A DNA stretch of 32,000 nt from Candidatus Hermodarchaeota archaeon (GCA_048886185.1 JBHLKY010000003.1:88495-120494), one strand, 5' to 3'. Positions 16,416-26,311 are shown, numbered from the stretch's first letter. A program made the numbers and translations. Notes: generated from the sequence alone by a model not told the origin.

Positions 16416-16883
16416 TCATCCTTTTGATGACACTTCATTTGGTTTTGGTAATTTTGAAACCACTCGAGCTGGATTACCTGCAGCGATATTAAAATCTGGA
16501 ATATTTCGATTGACAACAGCGCCAGCAGCTATGATTGAGCCTTCTCCAATTGTCACTCCTGGGAGAATAATAGCCCCAGACCCAATCCATGCTCCTCGTT
16601 TGATAAGTACCGCCTGTGATGGTTGTTTAAAGATCTTTGTTTGGTGGTGATATGGACTTCCACCTGAATGAGCTAGAATTGAAACAAGAGGGCCAATACT
16701 GACATCATCTTCTAGTGTAATTAAATGTGGGTATTCTCCGTCAAAAAAGACTAAATTTCCTATATATACTCGTTTTCCAATCTTCACACCGCATTTACGC
16801 CATATACTTGCCCTAAATTGGTATATAGGTGCAATCCAAGCAAGAATGCGAAGAAGTCTTCCTATAACTCGACCCAATGACAA
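16416..16883 (-). CDS. Left-handed beta-helix (hexapeptide repeat) acyltransferase
   Basis: GVKIGKRVYIG, ITLEDDVSIGP..SILAH, VLIKRGAWIGSGAIILPGVTIGEGSIIAAGAVV and AAGNPARV. Confidence 0.9.
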   Translation of the reverse strand: MSLGRVIGRLLRILAWIAPIYQFRASIWRKCGVKIGKRVYIGNLVFFDGEYPHLITLEDDVSIGPLVSILAHSGGSPYHHQTKIFKQPSQAVLIKRGAWIGSGAIILPGVTIGEGSIIAAGAVVNRNIPDFNIAAGNPARVVSKLPKPNEVSSKG

Positions 16884-16935
16884 TCAACAGCTGTAAATTT
16901 TCCTAATGCGTATTTTTCAGATTTTTTACTTTTAT

Positions 16936-17307
16936 TTACTGAATAGAAGTAATTTTAATTATCACATCTAATAACAGATCTATTATTTGAAGAGTTTTTC
17001 TTATTTCTTCAACTTCATCACATTCAGCAAGTTTTTGTGCTAGAAAGTTTAATTTCCCAGTTAAAATGTCTTGAACCATATCACGGGTTTCTAAAAATGA
17101 GTGAGCATATTCGACTCTCTTAGCTTCATCATCCGAACTCACAAATACAGCTTTTCTTCCACATTTTGGACAAAAAGTGTTTTTATTCTTTCTAAACAAT
17201 GGAACCTTGCAATCAGGACAGGAATCAGCTAACATTGTTGCTCCTGAAAGCAATAGATCACTCATACTCTTAATATCAGAAGAAGAATTTTTTTTCTCTC
17301 TTGACAT
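16936..17307 (-). CDS. Sjogren syndrome/scleroderma autoantigen 1 (UPF0148) family Zn-ribbon protein
   Basis: MSDLLLSGATMLADSCPDCKVPLF......FCPKC. Confidence 0.85.
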   Translation of the reverse strand: MSREKKNSSSDIKSMSDLLLSGATMLADSCPDCKVPLFRKNKNTFCPKCGRKAVFVSSDDEAKRVEYAHSFLETRDMVQDILTGKLNFLAQKLAECDEVEEIRKTLQIIDLLLDVIIKITSIQ

Positions 17308-17330
17308 TGAAAATAAGACCTTCTGAGAAT

Positions 17331-19913
17331 TTAGATTTTTATAGAAATTAAACCATTATGAATAATATTTTCTTCGTCAGTATTAGGTTTAGTTGTGTCA
17401 ATAATTTTAACATTATGCATTTCTTTAAGATCTGAAATAAAATCCTTTAGAGTTATTGGAATATAAACTCTTGTTATTTCTGCTTTTAAAGAGAGACCTC
17501 TTTCTTTTTTTGTTTTCCAAATAAAAGAATTAGTTTTGATCAAATCATGAGTACAGGGATCTTCTGCTTTCTGGTTGTATACACATTTTGGTAACAATTC
17601 CTGGTGAATACTTTTTGGTGGTTGGTATAAGCTTTGGTAAATACTCTCGGTTATAAAAGGTGTGATCGGAGCTAATAACTTTAAAACTGCTTGAAGGGTG
17701 TAATGAAGACAATAGTGAGCACTTTTTATTTCTTGAAGCCTTGTTTCATCTTGGTCGTATGCACGTTTTTTTACCAGTTCAAGATAATGAGAGGCGAAAA
17801 TATTCCAAACCCAGTTATATATGTTCTCTGCAGGGATAGAAAAATCCAATTGTTTATAACCCTCTAAACAGCGGCAAATTAAAGCATCCAAGCTTCTTAA
17901 TATCCATTGATCTGTTTGAAATAACGATTTAGGATCTTTTTCGATAGGGAATGTAGAAATAAATCTAGCAATATTCCATATTTTTGTAATAAATTTTGCA
18001 TTTCCATCGAGTTTAGCTAAGGAAAAACGAATATCCGAACCATGGCTACCCTGTAAGCACGAAGATAGTCTTAAACTATCAGCTCCATAATGAAGATTTA
18101 GTTTGGCTTCTTTTTTTGTATTATTCGACGATTCTGACATTTCTGCAATTATTTTCCAGCTATTTTGATCAGGTCTTAACATTCTTGGGGTATCTGTTGG
18201 TAAATTTGGAGGTTGTAGGAATATCAGGGGATCAATGGTATTCCCAAGAGATTTTGACATTTTACCTCCATATGGATCTAATACAAGACCAGAAATCCAT
18301 ATTTGTTTGAATGCTGGCTTCTTAAACATATGATATGTCCGAAGAACTGAATAATAAAGCCAAGTTCTTATAATTTCTTTTCCCTGAGGTCGAATAGAAC
18401 AAGGGAAGTTATCTGAAAAGAATCGTTCATTCTTATCATCAAAAAAAGCATTTCCAAAATTACAGGCAATTAATCCTGAGATAGAGGAATCAAACCAAGT
18501 ATCAAATGTTCTATCCTCACCAATTGCGTTTTCAAGGGAGGTTCCGCATTGATAGCAAACAGATATTGGTGATTTTTCCTTCCATGCACTATAATATCGC
18601 TTTAATTGAGTCTCACTTGGTACATTAGCAGTATTACATTCTGAACAATACCATATAGGAATAGATGTTCCATAATACCGTCTTCGACTAATAGCCCAAT
18701 CCATAGTTACCGACTCAAGCCATGTATTAAGAATAATTCTTGATGATTCTGGATAGAATTTCATCTGATCTATAATATTTTCAAGTTCAGGAAGAACTTC
18801 TATCTGCTGTAAATAATACTCATCCATGGCTATGATTTCAATAGGAGTTTTTGATCTCCAACAGACTGGAATTCGGCGAGAGGTAGGTCCTGAATCAATA
18901 AGTAATCCTTGATTTTCTAGATCTCTCAATATTGCCTTTTGTGTTTCTTCGACTGTTTTTCCTTCGTATTTTCCTCCTAATTCATTTATGTGACCATCAG
19001 GTTTAATCATGGTTTTTGGAAACGTTATTCCAAAATTTCGAAGGATTTTCACATCAGATTTGTCACCATAAGCACAAATCATCATGATTCCTGATCCATA
19101 ATTTGGATTTGCTTCTCGATGAGCTTTAATTGGCACAATTTTCTTGAAAATTGGAGTGATAGCATTTTTCCCTTTTAAATGAGTATATCTTGAGTCGGAG
19201 GGGTGAAAGATTATTAGTTCACATGTTGGGATTAATTCTGGACGGGTCGTTACAATGATAATACTTTCATCACAGTTTTCAATGTCAAATCTTATGGAAA
19301 AAAGTTTTGATTCATCGTCACGGTATTCTATCTCTGCATCAGCAATTGTTGTTCCACATTCGATACACCAATTGTTTGGTCGTGTTGCTCTAGATATCTT
19401 ACCTTCGTGCCAAGCTTTGCAAAATGTACGTTGGGTATTAAAGCGGTATTGGGGAGAATCTGTCTTGTAAAATATTTCAGGAGAACCATAAAATGAATTA
19501 CACGATAATCCCATCCATTTCATTACCTGAATCGTATTCTCCTCTGCTTTGTCTAGCTCTTTTTCACATATTTGTAGAAATTCTTCACGATTCATGTCGT
19601 GCATAGATTTCCCGAGTTTCTGCTCAACTTTTACTTCTACTGGGAGTCCATTCCGATCTACACATGCAGGAAACATAACATTATAACCTAACATTCTATG
19701 GTAACGTGCTATCATATCTATTTGTGCATAATGAATGGCAAATCCAAGATGAGCCCGTCCTGAAACATAAGGAGGTGGTGTGTCAATGATGTAATTTTCT
19801 CTTCTTGGATCTTCTATAAATTTAAAACTCTCATTCTCCTCCCAAAATTTAATAATTTCTCGTTCATTGATTGCCTTCCAACGTTTCTGTTTAATTTTTG
19901 GTTTGAATTTCAT
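17331..19913 (-). CDS. valS: Valine--tRNA ligase (archaeal type)
   Basis: IDTPPPYVSG..HLG, DRNGLPVE, TTRPEL editing domain, DWAISRRRYYG, DTWFDS, RPQGKEIIRTW and KMSKS. Confidence 0.95.
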   Translation of the reverse strand: MKFKPKIKQKRWKAINEREIIKFWEENESFKFIEDPRRENYIIDTPPPYVSGRAHLGFAIHYAQIDMIARYHRMLGYNVMFPACVDRNGLPVEVKVEQKLGKSMHDMNREEFLQICEKELDKAEENTIQVMKWMGLSCNSFYGSPEIFYKTDSPQYRFNTQRTFCKAWHEGKISRATRPNNWCIECGTTIADAEIEYRDDESKLFSIRFDIENCDESIIIVTTRPELIPTCELIIFHPSDSRYTHLKGKNAITPIFKKIVPIKAHREANPNYGSGIMMICAYGDKSDVKILRNFGITFPKTMIKPDGHINELGGKYEGKTVEETQKAILRDLENQGLLIDSGPTSRRIPVCWRSKTPIEIIAMDEYYLQQIEVLPELENIIDQMKFYPESSRIILNTWLESVTMDWAISRRRYYGTSIPIWYCSECNTANVPSETQLKRYYSAWKEKSPISVCYQCGTSLENAIGEDRTFDTWFDSSISGLIACNFGNAFFDDKNERFFSDNFPCSIRPQGKEIIRTWLYYSVLRTYHMFKKPAFKQIWISGLVLDPYGGKMSKSLGNTIDPLIFLQPPNLPTDTPRMLRPDQNSWKIIAEMSESSNNTKKEAKLNLHYGADSLRLSSCLQGSHGSDIRFSLAKLDGNAKFITKIWNIARFISTFPIEKDPKSLFQTDQWILRSLDALICRCLEGYKQLDFSIPAENIYNWVWNIFASHYLELVKKRAYDQDETRLQEIKSAHYCLHYTLQAVLKLLAPITPFITESIYQSLYQPPKSIHQELLPKCVYNQKAEDPCTHDLIKTNSFIWKTKKERGLSLKAEITRVYIPITLKDFISDLKEMHNVKIIDTTKPNTDEENIIHNGLISIKI

Positions 19914-20342
19914 TCATTCAACCTCTAATAATCTCTTATGATATAATTTTAATTCTAAGGTCTTTATTCTACCAAAAAAGTGTCTTATAATGGATATTTT
20001 TAAGTTATAAGAATAAATATTGCAAAAGAAAATATTTATTACCGCAAAAATACAGAGATAGAAAATTAAATGGAGATAATGTGATTTTCCACTAGCTGGA
20101 TAAGCTAGAAGAAACAACAAAGTGATCCCAGCTGGTCATCACTATTTATCACCCATTTTGTTTATTTTAAGGAACCATTTTTAAACTTTAATTTATGGCA
20201 TTTATTAAGATCCATTCTGATTGAGTTTCTAAATTTATCCCTAAATTATTAGAAAATAAATAGAACATTCAATCATTAGTGACGGATACTTCTTAGTTCC
20301 TTTCCTTTACATCATAATAATTCTACTAGAGAGAAACATTAT

Positions 20343-21428
20343 ATGACTCCTGACATTCTGGCCGAAGAACAGTTAAAATTAGAGTTGATACGTGTTCTAA
20401 CCAGATTTTTTTTAAGCCATCTCGAAGAGTTGGTGAGAAACCAATCAGGAGCCTTTTTTCCAATCGAAAAAATTGAGAATGTAAAATTAGGAAAGAGATT
20501 AGGAAGACGAAAAGAATTGCAACTAATGACTGTTGAAGTTGTTGATTCGTTACAGAACAGAAAATACAATGTTGATCTTGCATTCAAATTTTTAAATGAT
20601 CCCGAAATGGCAATAAAAGAAGGAAATGGAGCCGTATGGTTGGGAGATGTTTTAAAAAATAATGTGAAAGTTCAGACACCCTCTCTACTTTATTTTTCTC
20701 ATGAAAATTCCTTATTGATATATGAAGGTCTTAGAGAACCTCTTGAATTCTTTGATAGTGAACTTGATCAACCACAGAAGTTTTTCTTGGCAGGATTGGC
20801 ATTACCTTATGTCCACGGAATTTTTAAACATAAAGTTTTAGTTGATAGATATTTACATCTGATATCAGAGGTGGTTAAGGGTTTAGCTCTTGCCCCTGGA
20901 GATAAGAATGATCTTTTTTTTCTTTTTAAAGGAGATCTTCGTCGTGTTGGATTAAGTAGCGCAGGTGCTAATTGTTTTGGTGATTATCATCCTGGAAATA
21001 TAATGTTTAGGGAAAAAGAAGTATCATCAAGCAATACTGGAGATTTAAAAATTGATCGTACAGAAATATTTCTGATAGATCCTGCATATTTGGATAGAGA
21101 GGGGAATGTCGATCGTGCCGAAGATATTGGTACATTTTTCTCTAAATTTGCATATAATGACTTTTATCTTTCTCAATCATTTGATAAAACAATATCTGAA
21201 TTTGAAATTATTTGTAAAGGATATGATTACACAATCTCCCAAAATGGGATCACCCTGGAGGAATTTTATCCTGAAGGTACAACATTTGACTTTCACATTG
21301 CTCTAGGAATTTTAATTGATGCAATGTTTAAAGTACGTAATCCAAAGTTCATAAATCCCCAAGCTAGGCTCCAATCAAGCTTAGAAGCGGCGAAATACAT
21401 CTTGAAAAAACATCCATTTGAGATTTGA
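20343..21428 (+). CDS. Protein-kinase-like phosphotransferase (APH/choline kinase superfamily), substrate unknown
   Basis: LAFK (beta3 Lys), GDYHPGNIMF catalytic loop and IFLIDPA metal-binding loop. Confidence 0.75.
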   Translation: MTPDILAEEQLKLELIRVLTRFFLSHLEELVRNQSGAFFPIEKIENVKLGKRLGRRKELQLMTVEVVDSLQNRKYNVDLAFKFLNDPEMAIKEGNGAVWLGDVLKNNVKVQTPSLLYFSHENSLLIYEGLREPLEFFDSELDQPQKFFLAGLALPYVHGIFKHKVLVDRYLHLISEVVKGLALAPGDKNDLFFLFKGDLRRVGLSSAGANCFGDYHPGNIMFREKEVSSSNTGDLKIDRTEIFLIDPAYLDREGNVDRAEDIGTFFSKFAYNDFYLSQSFDKTISEFEIICKGYDYTISQNGITLEEFYPEGTTFDFHIALGILIDAMFKVRNPKFINPQARLQSSLEAAKYILKKHPFEI

Positions 21429-21946
21429 ATCATAACCTATTTTACATCTGATTATGAGGATAAAATGCAAAACATCTTGAAAATCGAGTCTCATGTAGTA
21501 AACCTAACTGAAATCTGCTATCAAAACCCATTACATAAAAATTGGAATGAAATATTATTTTTTTACTCAAAAATTAAACCATAACGGGAGGTGTCTTAAG
21601 ATATTTAATTTTATGTACTATATTGACATCTTACAGGAGGATATCGAAAACAATAAATCATATGTCCTTCAAATAAACTCATTCGACCGGGTACCCTTTC
21701 GATTATGAAGTAACATTAGATTTAAATTCCTATTAATTTCCTTTTAACTGCCTTTCTCGATGAGCTCAATTGATGTATGCCAAAGGAATAAAATTCAGCT
21801 ATAATAGATAACTTTTAGACGGTTCTTTCGCTGTATTTCGTCTTTAAAGGGTAATAATTTACGTTTGAATGGATTTAACGGTAATTAATATAATCTTAAA
21901 GTTACATTAACTTTTTAAAAAGGTGATAGTATCAGGGGTCTTTTTC

Positions 21947-24900
21947 ATGGAACAGATTACTAATGATGATAAATGGGAAGTCCTCAAATCAATGTACAAT
22001 GAATTTGGACTTGTGAGGCAGCATCTTTATTCTTTTAACGAATTTGTAGAGAAAAAATTAAATGAAATAGTTCAGGAACGTCCAAAAATTGAACCTGATA
22101 TTGAGGGATTTTATGTTAAATTAGAGGGGATAGAGGTAGGAGAACCTTCAGTAAGAGAAGCAGATGGTTCAGAACGTACTATATATCCTATGGAGGCTCG
22201 TGTTAGGAATTTAATCTATTCAGCTCCTCTAAATCTAAAAATGAGACCTGTTTATGTGGACGCAGGCATCGAGAAGGAGGAGGAGGTTGTCACAGCTTAC
22301 ATCGGCCGACTACCAATTATGTTGAAATCTAAATCTTGCTTATTATATAATTTAGGTCGAGAAGAGCTGACAAGATTAGGGGAGGATCCTGAGGATCCTG
22401 GTGGATATTTTATCATCAATGGTTCAGAAAGAGTAATTGTTACACAAGAATATTTAGTTTCCAATCGTGTTTTGGTTGATAAAGGACGCAAGGGTTCTTC
22501 TACAACTGCTGTGGCTAAAGTCTTTAGTACTGTTGCAGGATTTCGTTCTTTAGTTTCAGTGCAGCGACGAAAAGATGGAAGACTACTTGTTAATTTCTTT
22601 AGTGTCCCCAGGCCACTGCCCCTCGCAGTCCTTATTAAAGCGTTAGGAGTGACTATTGACCGGAATATAGCCAATTTAGTTACAAATGATCCTGATCTTA
22701 TCCAAGAGTTATTACCAACCCTCCGTGAGGCAGCAGAGATAGTTGATCAGGAAGAGGCATTAGATTTTATTGGCAAAAGAGTTGCGGTTGGTCAAACGAG
22801 ACAATATCGAATATTAAGGGCAAAACAGGTTCTGGATAACTATTTATTGCCTCATGTGGGTAAGGATGAAAGTTTCCGTCATCAAAAAGCACTTTACTTA
22901 GCCCAAATGGCTCTAAAAGTAATTGAGCTTAATCTTGAGCAGATCGAGCAAGATGATAAAGATCATTATACAAACAAAAGACTGAAATTAGCTGGAGAAA
23001 TGCTTACTAGTCTATTTAGAGTAGCATTCCATTCATTATATCGCGATATCAAATATCAGTTAGAAAAAGGGGCAAGAAGAGGTAAATTACCCAATTTAAG
23101 GGTAGCAATGAGGGCTGATGTTATTACTGAACGGATTCGTCATGCTCTTGCGACAGGAAATTGGGTTGGAGGAAAAGCAGGAGTTTCTCAACTGTTGGAT
23201 CGTACAAACTATATGTCGACTTATAGTCATCTCCGTCGTGTCATTAGCCCATTAATCCGAAGTCAAGCTCATTTTGAGGCACGAGATTTACATGCAACTC
23301 ATTGGGGAAAAATATGCCCAAACGAGACTCCAGAGGGTCCTAACTGTGGTTTAGTGAAAAATCTAGCTATGCAGGCATATATATCTATAGGAACACCTGA
23401 AGAACCTGTAAGTGATTTCATATTCCAAAATTGTGATGTTAAAGCAGTTGCAGAGACGATTGACCATCAAGGAGTTCATATTCTCCTGAATGGTAATCTA
23501 ATTGCAACAACACGTAATCCTGAGCAGACTTTTGATCTGATTCGGGAGGCTAGAAGATCTTCCAAGTTGTACCATGAAATAAATCTGGCTTATTTTGAGG
23601 AGAATCGTGTTATATCTATAAACACCGATGGAGGACGTGTACGAAGACCATTAATCATTCTAGACCACGAACTAGAAGGTACAAAAAAAATAGCCAAACC
23701 TCGACTAAGAAAAAATCATATTGAAAAATTAAGAAAAGGCGATATCCGATTTTCTGATCTTCTGAAAGAAGGAGTTATTGAATTTCTAGATGCAGAAGAA
23801 GAGGAAAACGCTTATATTGCCATGACCTTGGAAGAAATTCAACCTGAACATACTCATGCAGAAATTTCCCCTTCCGCGATACTAGGAATCTGTGCATCTA
23901 TTATTCCTTATGCAGAACACAATCAATCTCCTCGAAATACGTATGAGGCTGGAATGACAAAACAAGCTTTAGGGTTATATGCTTCCAATTTCTATTTTAG
24001 GACAGATAGGCGTTCTCATATTCTGCAAGCACCGCAAATTCCATTAGTCGGTAGTAAATCAATGGATGTTATTGGATTTAATGATCGCCCTGCTGGCCAG
24101 AATTTCATTGTTGCCATTTTAAGTTTTCAGGGTTATAACATTGAAGATGCCATTATCTTAAATCGCGCTAGTATTGAAAGGGGTCTTGCTAGAAGTCATT
24201 TTTTCCGATCATACATTGGTGAAGAGAAAAAATATCTTGGAGGACAAGAAGATAGATTTGAAATTCCCCAAAAGGGAGTCCGTGGATATCGTGCGAAAGA
24301 AGTTTATAGGCATTTAAGTGAAGTTGATGGGATCATTGAGCCAGAAATTGAAGTAGGAGGTGGGGATATTTTAGTAGGACGTACTTCAAGGCCAAGATTT
24401 TTAGAAGAATATATTGAATTAGAATCCCTGGAATCCTCGACCCCTCAACGCCGTGAGACCAGCATTGCGATACGTCATGGAGAGAAAGGAATAGTAGATG
24501 GGGTGATTTTAACAGAAACATCTGAGGGGAGTACATTGGTAAAGATTAAAGTACGTGATCAACGTATTCCTGAATTAGGAGATAAATTCGCTTCTCGTCA
24601 TGGCCAGAAAGGAATCATTGGGCATATTGTACCTCAAAGAGATATGCCATTTACCGAAGAGGGTATAGTTCCTGACCTTATCATAAATCCGCATGCTATT
24701 CCAAGTCGAATGACATTGGGGCAAATAATCGAGTGCATGAGTGCTATTGTTGCATGTTATGATGGAAATCAGATAGATGCGACACTATTTGAAGCACCAG
24801 ATCCAGAAGATATTGCCAACCAGCTCCGTAGCTTAGGTTTTCATCCTTACGCTGAGTCAGTAATGTACGATGGAATGACTGGACAAAAACTCCCAGCACG

Positions 24901-25321
24901 AATTTTTATTGGACCCACCTATTATCAAAAGCTTCATCATCTTGTTGCGGATAAGATTCATGCTCGAGCTAGGGGGCCTATTCAAATTTTAACTAGGCAA
25001 CCTACTGAGGGTAGAGCTCGAGAAGGAGGTTTACGATTTGGTGAAATGGAGCGAGACTGCTTAATTGGTCATGGAGCTGCGCTCCTCTTGAAAGAGAGAT
25101 TGTTAGAAGAATCCGATAAAACAGAGATCTTTATTTGTGAAAAATGTGGACTAATAGCTACATGGGATCGTAAGAAAGACCAGACATATTGTAATGTTTG
25201 TGGAAATGTTGATACAGGCATTTATAAGATCGCAATTTCTTATGCGTTTAAATTACTTCTTCAAGAGTTAATGTCTCTCACTATTAAACCTCAACTCATC
25301 TTAACTGATTCAACTCACTGA
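21947..25321 (+). CDS. rpoB: DNA-directed RNA polymerase subunit B (Rpo2), unsplit
   Basis: GGYFIINGSERV, HWGKICPNETPEGPNCGLVKN, HNQSPRN, GDKFASRHGQKG, NPHAIPSRMT, GGLRFGEMERD and a C-terminal Zn ribbon. ATG 21947 is preferred to GTG 21923. Confidence 0.98.
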   Translation: MEQITNDDKWEVLKSMYNEFGLVRQHLYSFNEFVEKKLNEIVQERPKIEPDIEGFYVKLEGIEVGEPSVREADGSERTIYPMEARVRNLIYSAPLNLKMRPVYVDAGIEKEEEVVTAYIGRLPIMLKSKSCLLYNLGREELTRLGEDPEDPGGYFIINGSERVIVTQEYLVSNRVLVDKGRKGSSTTAVAKVFSTVAGFRSLVSVQRRKDGRLLVNFFSVPRPLPLAVLIKALGVTIDRNIANLVTNDPDLIQELLPTLREAAEIVDQEEALDFIGKRVAVGQTRQYRILRAKQVLDNYLLPHVGKDESFRHQKALYLAQMALKVIELNLEQIEQDDKDHYTNKRLKLAGEMLTSLFRVAFHSLYRDIKYQLEKGARRGKLPNLRVAMRADVITERIRHALATGNWVGGKAGVSQLLDRTNYMSTYSHLRRVISPLIRSQAHFEARDLHATHWGKICPNETPEGPNCGLVKNLAMQAYISIGTPEEPVSDFIFQNCDVKAVAETIDHQGVHILLNGNLIATTRNPEQTFDLIREARRSSKLYHEINLAYFEENRVISINTDGGRVRRPLIILDHELEGTKKIAKPRLRKNHIEKLRKGDIRFSDLLKEGVIEFLDAEEEENAYIAMTLEEIQPEHTHAEISPSAILGICASIIPYAEHNQSPRNTYEAGMTKQALGLYASNFYFRTDRRSHILQAPQIPLVGSKSMDVIGFNDRPAGQNFIVAILSFQGYNIEDAIILNRASIERGLARSHFFRSYIGEEKKYLGGQEDRFEIPQKGVRGYRAKEVYRHLSEVDGIIEPEIEVGGGDILVGRTSRPRFLEEYIELESLESSTPQRRETSIAIRHGEKGIVDGVILTETSEGSTLVKIKVRDQRIPELGDKFASRHGQKGIIGHIVPQRDMPFTEEGIVPDLIINPHAIPSRMTLGQIIECMSAIVACYDGNQIDATLFEAPDPEDIANQLRSLGFHPYAESVMYDGMTGQKLPARIFIGPTYYQKLHHLVADKIHARARGPIQILTRQPTEGRAREGGLRFGEMERDCLIGHGAALLLKERLLEESDKTEIFICEKCGLIATWDRKKDQTYCNVCGNVDTGIYKIAISYAFKLLLQELMSLTIKPQLILTDSTH

Positions 25322-25335
25322 ATAAAGGGGATAAT

Positions 25336-25533
25336 ATGTCCTTAGATAATAGTAGATTAGCAACAGCAAGTTTCTATAAGAGAGCAATAAGAATATTAAA
25401 ACTCGCTAAAAGACCAGATAGATCAGAGGTTTTCTTGATTATTAAGATTACTACTGCTGGAATGGCAATCCTTGGTTTGATAGCTTATGTAATCCGAATT
25501 ATCCTTGCTTTAGTTTTGCAAAGGCAAATATGA
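25336..25533 (+). CDS. secE: Protein translocase SecE / Sec61-gamma
   Basis: RILKLAKRPD..E.......T..G...LG.I.Y.I pattern, single TM, upstream of spt5. Confidence 0.9.
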   Translation: MSLDNSRLATASFYKRAIRILKLAKRPDRSEVFLIIKITTAGMAILGLIAYVIRIILALVLQRQI

Positions 25534-25581
25534 TATCCTCAATAATTGTTACAATAATTTGATCCTGAAACAAACGAGAAC

Positions 25582-26064
25582 GTGACAATATTGCTCGAGA
25601 AAGTTGGAATATATTGCTTCAAGGTGAAGAAAGGACAAGAATTCAATGCAGCAGAAGCTGTTGCTAATCGTGCAGATATAAATCAACTTGACATCAAAAC
25701 TGTATTAGTAACAGAGATTCAAGGATATATTTTCATCGAGGGGGATGTTCAAGATATTACTCAAGCTGTTGATAGTGCTCATTATATTGGTAAGCAACTA
25801 GGTCGTGTACCTGTATCAGAATTAGAGGGACACTTAATTCCGACCCCTGTTATTGAGGGATTAAAGAAAAATGACATTGTTGAAATCATAAATGGTCCAT
25901 TTAAAGGGAGTCGTGCTAAAATCTCTTCAATATACCAAGCTCGAGAAGAAATTACTGTTGATTTACTTACTAGTAGCGTTACCATCCCTATTGTTCTTCA
26001 TGCAGATTCAGTTAAACTTATTCAGTCGAGTGAAGAAGAACAGGAGGAAGACTCGGAGATCTGA
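25582..26064 (+). CDS. spt5: Transcription elongation factor Spt5 (NusG)
   Basis: NGN domain (GQE.N.A, GYIFIE) plus KOW VEIINGPFKG..AKI, and a short acidic tail. Confidence 0.93.
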   Translation: MTILLEKVGIYCFKVKKGQEFNAAEAVANRADINQLDIKTVLVTEIQGYIFIEGDVQDITQAVDSAHYIGKQLGRVPVSELEGHLIPTPVIEGLKKNDIVEIINGPFKGSRAKISSIYQAREEITVDLLTSSVTIPIVLHADSVKLIQSSEEEQEEDSEI

Positions 26065-26311
26065 TGCAATGGGGTTTCAAGCTTAATATTAACTTTCATA
26101 TAAGTCGTACTCCATTTGATTCTGGTAATCCTGTTATTATGATTCTTTTAATATAAGAAAAACTCTCAAATATAAGTCCCTGACTTTAATCAGTGGCAAT
26201 TAACATAACTTATTAATACTGGAAAAAAACGCCCAAATGTTGGATATATGAAACAAGAGTCTTTAAACCAGAAGAGATAACTGAGAAAAAGGTATTTCAA
26301 GGGTGAACATC

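Noticed and set aside
19735-19800. HLGF instead of HIGH in ValRS as evidence of inactivation
   Set aside because: The fourth position of this motif varies in archaeal-type ValRS, and all other catalytic and editing motifs are intact.
19914-20120. 68-aa ORF directly upstream of valS
   Set aside because: Low-complexity hydrophobic translation of the AT-rich divergent promoter region, with no family resemblance.
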